The notes under the pieces were generated by a model that saw only the letters and a list, made by a program, of their open reading frames with translations, searched no databases and was not told the DNA's origin. From contig NC_087251.1 of NCBI RefSeq assembly GCF_037042905.1, positions 35,652,001-35,716,000 of the forward strand: DNA of 64,000 nt, read 5' to 3'. Position 1 is the stretch's first letter, and each line of letters opens with the position of its first letter. Source of the stretch: Lytechinus pictus. Lineage: Eukaryota. Shown here piece by piece: positions 1 to 11,699 of this stretch. Position numbers and translations under genes: made by a program.

Positions 1-414
1 AAGGGGGGGGGGCAGGGGGGCAGACTGCCCCCCCCCCCTGACGAGTTACAAGCAAAAAAAAAGAAGCGAAAAGGGAAAGAAAAAAGAAAAGAGGAAAAAG
101 GAAAGAGAAAAAAGGGGGAAGGGGAAAAAGAGTTTAAGAGAAAGGGGGAAACAAAAACTGGACTGCGGACTGTCGGAAAAAATATAAACTGTCGGGCACA
201 CGGGGCTGTTCCAACTGATTCGGTTTTTTAGTTCCACCATCTTTGTTGGTAAATGTCAATTAAACTGTACACTTTTATCGGTATATTGTGATTTTTACGC
301 AATGCGACTTTTAGAGCTCTCTAGTACCGATAGTGAGGACGGACTGGTCTGACCAGGGACAGGAAAAAGGTAGAGAACAACTTTTAGGTAATGTAATTAT
401 AACAATAAAAATTT

Positions 415-1312
415 CGCTCGCGCTTTGCGCTCGCATCAATTTTTTTAGTTGGATATTTAAGATAAATGTCTAGTTTTTAGGTTAAAATATCAAAAAATTT
501 CAGCTCGCACTTCGCGCTCGCGTCAATTGATTAGTTAAAAACCAATTTGTTCACCGTTACAAAAAGTGCTTAGGCCGGAATATCAAAATTTTTAGCTCGC
601 GCTTCGTGCTCACATATAACTGTTTAGGTATATCCATCCTGTTCATAGTTAAATGAAGTGTTTAGAATGTCCGGTTTTCAGGTCGGAATATAAAGAATAA
701 AAAATATATCATTAGAAACCAATTTGTTCACGGTTATAAAAATTGCTTAGAATATCATGTTCTTAGGTCGGAATACAAAATAAGTGTCAGCTCGAGCTTC
801 GCACTCGCATAAAATTCCATCCTGTTCATAATTAAATGAAGTGATCAGAATGTAAAGTTCTCAGGTCGCTTCGCGCTCACACCAATTAATTGTTTTTAAC
901 TACCATCTTGTTCATAGTTCCAAAAAAAAGGGTGCTTAGAATGTCCACTTTTCAGGGGGGAATATCTCAAATTTTCAGCTCGCTCTTCGCGCTCGTATCA
1001 ATTTATTATTCAGTTAGAAACCAATTTGTTCATGGTTACTAAAAGTGCTTAGAATATCAAGTTCTTAAGTCGGAATATCAAAAGTTTTAGTTCACACTTC
1101 GCGCCCGCACGACTGTTTAGATACCCATCCTGTAAAACTGCTTAGAATGTCTAGTGTCCAGTTAGGAATATCAAAATTTTTAGCTCGCGCTTCGCGCTCG
1201 CATAATTAATTAAGTAATATACCCATCACCATTCAGAATTAAGTGCACAAAATGTATCATTTTAGGTCTAAATTTTTAGAAAAAAATTCAGCTCGCGCTT
1301 CGCGCTCGCAAT
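415..1312. repeat. Degenerate tandem array carrying the GCTCGCGCTTCGCGCTCGC motif (transposon-internal satellite)
   Basis: Motif recurs about 9 times, mostly at roughly 85-120 nt spacing. The same family occurs at 8640-9230 and 21150-21770. Confidence 0.8.
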
Positions 1313-1685
1313 TACTATTTTTATATTATTATTTTTAACCGATTTCAATGTCAAATACCTCTTTTATAATGTCTCCAAATGAGCAGATGGGAACATAATG
1401 TAAACACCTTCAAAGGGGAATAAAAGAAGTATTTTAGTATAAAAATTGTAATTACCACTTGATAGAAATATATCGATCACGATCCAATACATATCATTTC
1501 TGGAATGATATACAAAAAAAAGAATTAATTTTGACAATAAAGTGCAATCGCCCGATAGCAAATATCAGAAGTAGCAAGATCCCAACAGTTTTTGGGGCAC
1601 CCCCTGGGTAACATTTCCCACCTTCAGTGCCACTGCCAGACCTACACATCCAAACGTGTATGGGAGGGAGGGGGTGGGCTGCAAA

Positions 1686-1734
1686 ATGCAGGGCAACGAG
1701 GAACTGCGAGGTGACCAAATATCATCGTGTATTG
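1686..1734 (+). CDS. SAMD9-like gene, probable first coding exon (MQGNEELRGDQISSCI + phase-1 G)
   Basis: ATG at 1686 in context aaaATG, open to donor G|GTAATT at 1735. The phase-1 end joins acceptor TTAACAG|AA at 2088 to give GAA and stays in frame with the 1410-aa ORF. Confidence 0.6.
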
Positions 1735-2087
1735 GTAATTTTATGACCGAATGTATAATTTCTGCACGTTTCACATCATGTAAAAAGGCTAAATAATAAT
1801 TGAAAAAAAAATGTTTGCTCGCTTCGAATTTGAGCAATTATTATTATTATCATTATTATTATTATTATTAAAATATTATTATTATTATCATTATCATTAT
1901 TTATTACTATTTGACAGAATTTAAAACAAATCAATTTAACTCTTCAGTTCCAATGATAAAAATATTTGTTAAAGTAACAAAAAAATTAGACACTGGATGA
2001 CCAAATAATTAACCAAATAATTGTAAATCTCGGACCCGGTTTATACCAGTGAAATCTTTGATCTTCTTCATTTTTATTTTTTAACAG

Positions 2088-5000
2088 AATATTCTCCTGT
2101 CCCATTCAAAACCCTCCCAGAGATGAGCACAGACGAGGTCAAGAAATGGCTGATTGAGGAAGTGCGTATATCTATCAGCATAGCTGATAAATTAGCAGAA
2201 GCGTGTGTAGATGGGGAGCTTTTGCTACGATATGAAGATCAGCATTTACAAAAGGATTTCCAATTGCCTACTGGAGTAATGCGAAAGATAATGTATGCTA
2301 GAGATGATCATATGAAAAAGCGTGCTCATGCACAAGCACTTCTCGCACCTGCATCAGAATGTTCCGACAACTTAAACAAAGGCGCCGGATCGACGGGGAA
2401 TGTACATAGATCTCCCTCATCAGCTGGAACACAGGAAAGTGAAAGTAATGCGCAGATCACTGAACTTACAGCATCAGTGAAGAAGTTGAATGCGCAAGAT
2501 GGCGACCTGCTGGGTAAATCAGTGGCGGTAGAAATGTCTCAACCAGCACCACTTTCCAAAGAAGAAGAATCAGCCAGAGAAGCAACGCTGCGATATCTCC
2601 TGACAGGCGATGAGAATGGATCCTTAGACAGTTCTTTCCATCCCATTCTTGTGGTAAACAAAGAATCATGTGGTGGCAAATCAGAAAGTCTCGAGGATAG
2701 GCTTGGTTTTGTTTCTTTGGTTAACTGGAATGCAGTCTTTGACTGCAATTCAAACTCTATTCAGAATGGTGTCTGTTCAATGGTAGAAAGAAAACGGGAA
2801 ATAAAGCTTCTTCTACCAGAGACATTCAATAAAGAAACGTCACCCGAAGAAGTAGATTTCAACGATGTCCCTTCCTGGATATTTGCAAATGGACGAGATG
2901 ATCTTGAAGAATTACAAAGCCCGAGTCTTGCTTCGGATTGGAATGAAAAGTATGGCGCTGGAGTTGATCGTGCAATAGATTTTTTTGCCATGAATGCAAT
3001 TCCTAAGGAAAGAGCAGTCATTGTTTTTCTTCTTCTTTCGAGAGACAGCGTGCAGGTAATGAGTGATATCTTCAAGAAATTACAGTCATCTTTGCAAGGT
3101 CATGGGACATTCACATTCATTGCAGAAAGTCGGAAGCTTTTCGAAGTTTGGGCAGATGAGGTCAAGAAGTGGTTACCACGAGATCAACTAGAGAAGAGAA
3201 GCTTCATTGGTACTTCATGGAAACGTGTCAATTGTTTCTTCCAGAAGCAGTTTGGAAAATTTGCAATTTTTCCAGCAGAATTGCCATTGTCAGATGGTAA
3301 GACATGCATTCTACCTGACAAGAAACGTTCTCAATGGCTCAACATAGATGTTCTTCCGTCAAATGAGTGTGAAAACACAGCCTTGGAGGAAGAGGGTCCA
3401 GAATTTCAAAAATTTGTTTCTGAGCAAGAGTTGGCTTTTTACCAAGGAAACCCAGTTTCTTGGTGGAACTTTCACCTAACCGAAGGTAGAGGAAAGAGAC
3501 AACAATTCAACCAAGTTTTACGACGTAAAGTCAGTAAATCATTGAATACCTTAGTGAAGTCAAAGTTGGTCCCTCCAAATCCCAATGATGGGTCGGGTTC
3601 TATCGTTACAATAACTATCTTTCATGAACCAGGGTCGGGGGCGAGCACTGCTGCAAAACAAGTCCTATGGGATTTCCATCGACAGTTCCGATGCATTATT
3701 GTTCAACGAGCAGTATTACCAACGGTTGACGAAATACTTCAAGTATGCCATTATGGGTACGAAAGTTTGGGAAAGGCTCCTCCAGTCCTTGTCTTGTTTG
3801 ATGATGCAGACGATGCAGAGGTTATCGACTTAATTGCACAACTTGAAGTAGCAACTAACAACAGAGACTCTTTGTCGATAATAATGCTTCACTGCAAAAG
3901 AACACCTGATCCTGAGCTTGAAGCAAAGGACAATGGTATGAATTCTGTTGTCATAGAGCACAAGCTTGATGACCGAGAACGAAAGTGGTTCGATGACAAA
4001 TTCAAGGAATACGATGAAGAATATAGTTTGAGCCCAGAGAAGTTGATTGGATTCATGGTAATGAAAGAAGAGTGCAACCCAGATTACATTCGAAGAATTG
4101 TATCAAACATCTTACCTGAGGTTGAAGGGAATGAAACTCGGCTGCTAAAGTACATGGCAGTTATCAACATGTTCATGGGAGATTTTGGAATGCCCGTCTC
4201 CTGCTGTGATGAATTCATGAACGTTGGAAGGAAAGTAGAAATATCTCGGGGAAGATACAAACTACAATATGTTCCATGGGAGAATCTCCTTTCACATGCG
4301 ACTTGCCTTCTCCTCGTCCCAACAAGAGTGCATACAAGATCTGGTCCTACAAAAGCAATCAAGTTAGTTAACCCTGTCCTCGCAACAGAGGTTGTTAAGC
4401 AAATTGTAGAAGACAGTGGACAGTCAATCGGGGACATCGTCAGAGAGCTGATACATCATTCCCGAATCCTTGACTCAAGGGCTTACACAAAGATGTACCT
4501 CATTGACAAAATCCGGGGGTTACTAGTACGGCGGAGGAAGATTGCAAATGACTGGAGTGAACAAAGTCAATTCTCCCCTTTGATAGAGCATATTCTCACT
4601 GAAAACCCATCGTTGGCCTTCCAACTTCTAGAAGAAACTTCCGAGTTATTCAAGAATGGACATATCGCACAACAGCTGGCGCGCTTGTACAAATGGCATG
4701 GAGACCTTGTTGAAGCTGCACGATGTGCGAAGATGGCAACTGACTTTCAGAGTGACAATCCTTACTATTGGGATACACGAGGCAGGATTGCTATAGACGT
4801 TATGAAGAGCTATAAGAAGAAGTACAACGAAACGCCTCTTGATGAATCTGATGCCTTTCAATTGATGAATCTACTACATGAGGGAATGGATGTCTTCAAG
4901 AGGTGTCAAGATCTTCTAAGGGTGGAATATAATCAGTTTTCTACATATGCTGGTTACTCCGGTGAGCTCAAAGTTATATTCCAATTCCTTCATATAATGG

Positions 5001-6292
5001 AGGAACGCGTGGTACCATTTTGTCTTTCATCAAGACATTGTGTACAACAGCTGAAGGTATACTTCTTGACTGACGAAGAGCTTCAAGGACTCAGTGAGTT
5101 CTGGAAACAACACAGACATAATCTCAAGGAATTGCCAAAGAGAGCTGATCTCACGCTTCATAGCATTGAGGATCTCATGACATTCAGCAAAAGTATAACA
5201 AGGACCAAGCAAAATCCTGAAGACGAACTGCGCATGAGGAAAACTGAGAAGAACAAGTTCTATCTGGATATGCTTAGATACTTCACAGTAGACATAGAGC
5301 AGTCTCCACCCAAGTCTGTCCAGGTAAATCCTGTATCAATGAATGAATGGAGAAGAGCACAAGTGAGAACATTGAACGCCGATTCGTTCTTTTCAATATT
5401 CAAACTGGCACAGCATGGTCAGGTAGATCCTCTGAAGAAAGTTCAAGGTATTCTCAACGCAAATCATCCCAAAAATTCATTTGATCTAAAAATTTTGGTT
5501 TGTCTTTCGTTCGCCTTGTCCTCATTAGATCACGAAGAGGTTGACTACAATGGGATAATCAGACAAGTGCAGAATCTGAATGAAATCGACCATAGCTTGT
5601 ATGGTGCTTTCTTCGCTCTGATGTTAGCCTGGCCAAGAGATGACCCAAATGCCAGAAGTAGCGATGTTGGGATGACCACGCTGAAAGCGATTGTGATTCT
5701 AAGAGAGAAATGGGACAACTTGCTTAGAATGAATTCAGAGAAACAATCATCTCAGACGAGGTATGATAAATCACTTCCGCGTTCCAATATAATAGTGAGA
5801 AAACCGCTCACACAGTTTCTACTGGCTCAGGGAGAAGGTTTGCGGGCATTCGTTCACATCAACATGTTCAACGCAACACAGTCTACACTGGAAGGTGAAA
5901 AGCACAGATTCTGGTCAAGAGAAGAAGTGAAAGAGCGAATGTTGCGCTTAGAGGGGACCATTCAAGATAGAGAGAGGATCGTTTACATAACCCCAGCAAA
6001 AGAAATTATCTACATCAGGCTATCTGCGAGATGGCACTGTCAACCAAGTCAAGAGAAAGTCTCCTTTTACCTTGGCTTCAATTTCCTTGGACCGGTAGCA
6101 TACGATGTGTGCGAAAAGGATCGCAAGCCAGTCCCAATTCTTGTGAAAACTCACCATCAGACATATCCTGGATATCTTTTGGGCAGACTTAGCAACCTCG
6201 AAAGGAGAAAAGAGGGCATTCAAACTACATTGGATGAAATAGAGTACTTGTCCAAGAAACGAAGAAACAGGCAAAAACTCACAGTTGATGAT
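2088..6292 (+). CDS. SAMD9-like: SAMD9/SAMD9L-like STAND NTPase, main exon (SAM, SIR2-like, P-loop NTPase, TPR-like, OB fold)
   Basis: N-terminal SAM-type signature (DEVKKWL...VDGELLL...LPTGVMRKI). SAMD9 motifs LLTGDENGSLDSSFHPILVVNK and WNAVFD, FYQGNPVSWWNF, Walker A variant HEPGSGAST..QVLWDF (3623-), Walker B VLVLFDD (3785-), and C-terminal EKVSFYLGFNFLGPVAYDV. Polypyrimidine acceptor at 2087; donor GAT|GTAAGT at 6293. Confidence 0.93.
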
Positions 6293-6911
6293 GTAAGTTC
6301 AATTCTTCCATTAAAATTCTGCAAATTAATTCATCAGATACAAACCTCAACTTAAGTCCTTACCCTACTTCTTATACTTACCCAATACAATATCACAATA
6401 ACAATTATCCCTATGCATTCAGAAAAATAGAGGCAGGGTCAATTGCCACGGGAGCGAAGGTTAAAAAATGAAGTCTGCCTATATTTTCTTTGTGGGGGTA
6501 TTTCGTTTCAGGTAACGAGTATCTTTATACAGAACACAGAGAATTGATAAAATGAGAAAGCCAGGAATTTGAACAATTGCCGACCCGTAAATATCAGATC
6601 ACGATCTTATAATGATTTTTTTTTATTTAATAGTAAAGTATGTGATATGGTAGTGATAATGATAACAATGACAACAATGCCATTATTGATAATGATTTGA
6701 ATGACAGCAATGATAATAATAATAAAGGTATTGAAAATATTGATGAGTGGAGAGCTACGGACTTGCCTGTTTTGAAGAAAAAAGCTACCCATCGCTTTTC
6801 TTTTCTCGCTCTTCTATAATTCAGTGCTTTAACTCTCCTTTATGTCAATTTCGAAAACACTCCCTGTGAATCCTGATTTTTTTTCCATTTGTTTTGGGAT
6901 TTTATTTACAG

Positions 6912-7070
6912 CTGACATTAATTCGGACCAAACCTAAGCTGGATGCAGAACTCCTGGACATTGAGGCGCAGATTCAAGATGAGCTCGACAAAAACGACGA
7001 CGAAGACGAAACATTTACTCTCGTAACAAAGCGGAAGAGGGGATACAAGGTGATGAGTATTGAGTCATAA
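6912..7070 (+). CDS. SAMD9-like: SAMD9-like gene, terminal coding exon (LTLIRTKPKLDAELLDIEAQIQDELDKNDDEDETFTLVTKRKRGYKVMSIES*)
   Basis: Acceptor TTTATTTACAG at 6901-6911; phase 0 matches the donor at 6293; 52 codons then TAA at 7068-7070; coding-like composition inside AT-rich DNA. Confidence 0.75.
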   Translation: MTLIRTKPKLDAELLDIEAQIQDELDKNDDEDETFTLVTKRKRGYKVMSIES

Positions 7071-7204
7071 AAAGAGCATGTATCTCTGTCACATAGTGCA
7101 ATAGAAGAATGTCCAACAGACGAGTAGAAGATTGTGATCCCGTTACATAAACCTAGTATTCGATAACAATTTCAAAATTACTGCGACAAATTTATCAGAC
7201 GATC

Positions 7205-7425
7205 CATAATATGTTGATTTTGTGCAGATCCTAACAGCTTTCTTTTGTAGTAAAAGTAAATGGTCGAAGTTGGTTTTACTACAGTTTCCCCAGATAAAGT
7301 TACAATAATTGATATATGGTTTATCATGAGAAGGGAATGCTCTGGCAAAAAAAATATTTCAATTTGTATAATATTCCAATTCCTTTAGCCATTGATGAGG
7401 ATATATTGCTTACGTGTTGGCTCCA
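7205..7425 (-). mobile_element. Relic of a CR1/L2-type LINE reverse-transcriptase C-terminal region
   Basis: Minus-strand translation gives WSQHVSNISSSMAKGIGILYKLKYF, then PYINYCNFIWGNCSKTNFDHLLLLQKKAVRICTK, the typical post-RT motifs of CR1/L2-group ORF2. Disrupted and truncated. Confidence 0.75.
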
Positions 7426-8218
7426 CACACTAAGGAAAAATAGGTTTAACTTTGCACCTTCAAAGGTGCAAAGTTGCACATATGAGGTGTAGAATTGCAC
7501 CCCAAATGTTCTTATTTGCATCTTCAAGAGAAATACAAAGTTGTACCTTTCCAAAAAATACAAAGTTGCACCGTAAAGGTGCTCCTAGTGTGCCATCTAC
7601 TCTGCACCTTTAAAGGTTGGACCTATTAAGACGGCCACGGATCCAACTTGCCTCGGTTTTCCTATCAGGATGCCACCGTGCCTGGCCGTCCACTTCATCT
7701 TTTTTGCCAAATTTTCAGGTGGTTACGGAATTCTGCGATACACGTAATCAGGGTAAGTGATTTCTAACTCTACCTTTAATTCGGCAATAATTAATTGGCA
7801 CAAACAGGAAAGAGAAATGGTGGATCGTGTGTATTCGGTAACACACCTAAAACAATTGCCAAGCTGGTTCCCCGTATAAAAGGATTTACAAAAAGCTTAT
7901 TGAAACAGTTACTAAAATATTGTATATTGTATTATATATATTATTGTACTACATAAGAAATATTTGTTCATAACTTTATGAAACATCATTTGCTTATGAC
8001 CTATTGACCTATATGTTCATCATTCTTGGTGCTCGCATTGTCTGTTTAATGAGATATAATTTATAATCCTGTTTTTACGAAACCATCCCATTTTCAAGTC
8101 CATACACAACAAAGATATTTCCTCGTACTTCGAGTTATTATTGTTTTATGTAGTGACATATACTTCTTTTTAATGACTACTTAAAAGTGATTGTCTGAAT
8201 ACAAATCATTTCCAGTCC

Positions 8219-8540
8219 GTGGAAGCGTCGTGATGTAGCGGTTCTGACTATCGCCATGCAATCAGAGGGTCGTGTGTTCGAATCTCACCACGGCCTAGCG
8301 TCCTTTGGCAAGGCGTTAATCCACACTTTGCTACTCTCCACCAAGGTGTTAAATGGGTACCCGGTAGGATGCGAAAGCCTATGTAGTATGCCTAGCAATT
8401 GAGCTTGGAACTCTTGTTTGTATGCTCCCCAGGGAGTGGAGAAAGTACATACATTGTGTGCGATGACCGGGTATTAATAATTGCAATGTAAAGCGCTTAG
8501 AAACAAAGTGTAATAAGCGCTATATAAATGTAACTATTAT
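8219..8540 (+). mobile_element. tRNA-derived SINE
   Basis: A-box-like and B-box (GTTCGAATC) head, core CCAAGGTGTTAAATGGGTACCCGG, tail GCGCTATATAAATG..TATTAT. Related copies at 10144-10440, 45250-45400 and 56290-57022. Confidence 0.8.
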
Positions 8541-8639
8541 GATTTAATATCATTTCGCATAATTGGATTAGTGAGATGTGTCTGCTCTTCATAAATTCCT
8601 ACAAATAGTCCTTAAAATGTTCCCTTTTCTGGTCTGAAT

Positions 8640-9300
8640 ATCAAAATAACAAAAATCTTCAGCTCCCGCTTCGCGCGCGCATCATTCGGTTAGTGAATTA
8701 CGTATGGCCTTAGTGAATTCCTAAGGACAAGCCTTAGAATGTCCCTTTTCAGGTCTGAATTTCAAAAAAAAATTCAGCTCGCGCTTCGCGCTCGCAATAT
8801 TTGATTAGTGAGATACGTATCATGTTCATGATAACAATGATTTTAAAAGTTCTTCATGTTTTTAGGTGAAATTCTAACAAAATCAACAAGCGCTTAGCGC
8901 TCGCATTATATGACTATGGTAAGGTGTGTATATATGCTCTTTATGAATTCCTAGGAAATAGTCCTTGAAATGTCCCTGCTTAGGGTAATATATAAAAATT
9001 CAGCTTTCGCTTTTCACTCGCATTGTATATGTTTAATGAGACAAATACGTATCATGATTACAAAATTTGCTTATAATGTCCCTTTTTTAGGTCTGAATAG
9101 CAAAACTTTTCAGCTCGCGCTTCGCGCTCGCATTATTTTATCAGTGAGGTATATATCCTTTTTAATTGCACATTCCTTAAAATGTCTCTATTAGGTGGGT
9201 ATATCTGGCAATCTAGCACGCTTCGAACGCCCACTAGGTGACTCCGAAATTTTGCCGGTGCCCCCCCCCCCCCCATGCCGTGACCCAAGGTACGCCACTC
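8640..9300. repeat. GCTCGCGCTTCGCGCTCGC-motif tandem array ending in a C-rich element terminus
   Basis: Repeated motif at about 110-120 nt spacing; same family as 415-1312. Confidence 0.7.
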
Positions 9301-9381
9301 CCTTTATCCTTTAGATTTTTTAGATGTTAAGACTTCACCTATCTAAGGCTTCATATTTTTCACACACACGTACACTGTTAA

Positions 9382-9975
9382 AGGGCAAGTCCACCCCAGG
9401 AAAAAAGTTTATTTGAATCAATAGAGAAAAATCAAACAAGAAAAATTTCATCAAAATCGGATGTAAAATAAGAAAGTTATGACATTTTAAAGATTCGCTT
9501 AATTTTCACCAAACGGTTATTATGCACAACTCAGTGATATGCAAATGAGAGAGTTGATGATGTCACTCACTCACTATTTCTTTTCTTTTTTGTTTGAATT
9601 ATACAATATTTTGATTTTTACAGATTTGACGATAAGGACCCTCTTGGTCGAACCACAAAATATTAAAACATTGGTCATTCCACATGTTCAGGGAGGAATA
9701 AATCTTTGTTTCACATGCCAATAAGGAGAAAATTGAAATATTTCATATTTCATATAATAAAATACAAAAGAAATAGTGAGTGGGTGATGTCATCAGTCCC
9801 CTCATTTGCATACCGACCAAGATGTGCATATAACTGTTTTGTGAAATTAAGCAAAACTTTAAAATATCATAACTTTCTTATTTTGCATCCGATTTTGATG
9901 AAATTTTCAGTGTTATGCTTGTTTGATTTTTCTCTTTTTATTCAAATCAACATTTTGTTGGGGTGGACTTGTCCT
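9382..9975. mobile_element. Non-autonomous DNA transposon with TTAA TSD (Kolobok-like signature)
   Basis: TTAA|AGGGCAAGTCCACCCC ... GGGGTGGACTTGTCCT|TTAA, with long imperfect inverted arms. A second copy lies at 20479-21082. Confidence 0.85.
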
Positions 9976-10143
9976 TTAATTAAATAAAGCTGTATATTAT
10001 TCAATTGTATAGTACTTCTTTCTTTTATTATGTTTATACATACAACTTTAAGGAACAAACGAAACGCCAAATACACGATATTCTTTTCAATTTCAACCTT
10101 TACATGATATAGTTGACCTGAACAATATGATAACAAACCAGCA

Positions 10144-10440
10144 TGTGGGCGCGTCGTTGTCTAGTGGTTCTGACTCTCGCCTTTCACACAGAGGTTCGTA
10201 GGCTCAAATCCTAGCCATGGCGTGTTTTTTTTTCAGCGAGAAATGTATCCACACTGTGCTGCACTCGACCCAGGTGAGGTGAATGGGTACCCGGCAGGAT
10301 TAATTCCTTGAATGCACGAGTGCTGAAAGGCAGCTCGAGCTAAAGCCGGGAAGTAATAATAATAGTATAACAACAATGTGCCTCGGAATAGATTGTTTGT
10401 CGATAGATGGCGCTATACAAATGCCTATTATTATTATTAC
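10144..10440 (+). mobile_element. tRNA-derived SINE
   Basis: tRNA-like head, core GCACTCGACCCAGGTGAGGTGAATGGGTACCCGG, (TAT)n tail. Confidence 0.8.
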
Positions 10441-11699
10441 ATTTAAATTTTCATAACAATCGGATGTAAAGTAGGTTATGGCACTTTAAAATTACATTTA
10501 TAGCTTTACACGACAGTTATAGATGCACAACACAGGAAACTTGTTCCTGTCTGCATTTAACCATTACAAAATTTTGGAGTCAAAACCTATTGTTTTTTTT
10601 ACCATATTGTAGATAAAATATGAAATATTCAAAATTCCATATGATAGAATAAAAAAAAACAATAATGGTGTAACATCATGGTTATCAAATATTGGCACAT
10701 ATATTGATATAATTTCATGAAACTAAAGCCAAGGTGAAAGATCACTCGGGGTCAATGAAATCTTGTTTATGTTTATATATATATTTATTTTTATATATGT
10801 TTTACTTTGTTTGATTTTAGTTTTGTTTTGTAATTCGTGATATCATTATTAATGGATTATATTTCATATTATGATTTGTCAAATTAATTGTCTTACATTG
10901 CACCGGCCCCATGGAAGACCAGCAGCAACAATTATAGTTGCAACTGAATATGGGCTACCAGCCGTAATTTTATCTTGCTTGTATATGCTGTACATTTTTA
11001 TTTGTAAAATTGTATATTTTTAATCTTACGGAAATAAAACAAGAACAACAACCAACTTATAGATAATTCACCTAGATTTTCAAGATGATTTTGAAATATA
11101 AGTCTTAAGTATTTTACATTTGGATATAATATTTGTCAGGTACCATCGTTTACCTCCCTTACCTAAGTATGTGTGGCCACTTGAAAACTTGTGTGAGAAA
11201 GTTACTGGATTTTACAAAGTAATGTTCATGAGTCATAATCAAATGTCATTTGAGGTCAATGAGCTTTGTATTCTTATTATCATACAAAGGCTTGCCTTTT
11301 CTCTAATTTGGAAAGTTATTCATTTAAATATGTAGGTAAATAACGAGTATCAGCCGTTATATGAGTACAATTTTACTTATTTATTCAGTTATTTATTTAT
11401 TGGTTTTCTTTATTTTATACTGCAGGGTAGGCCTGTTCAGTTAAACTGCTTTCCAAAGGCGCCCTGCAGTTTAGCAACTAACTCAACATCAAAGCAATTC
11501 AATGTATTGAATACATTAAAAACAGAATACATTATATGTACATATAGAGTGAATCAATTATTATCATGGAATCATTCCATCTATATGTACATCAAGTTAT
11601 TCAGTGTAATTACAAGTATGACAGTCAGAATTTAATGATTTAAAGTGTTTTTTAATGCATGGAGGGACGTGCATTTTTGTATATCACAAGGGAGCGAAT

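Noticed and set aside
2466..6274. Short antisense and alternate-frame ORFs within the SAMD9-like exon
   Set aside because: Expected shadow ORFs of a long coding exon; no recognisable motifs.
6293..6355. Last 20 codons of the 1410-aa ORF (VSSILPLKFCKLIHQIQTST)
   Set aside because: Begins exactly at a consensus GTAAGT donor, and an in-phase downstream exon completes a sensible helical motif; most likely intron read-through.
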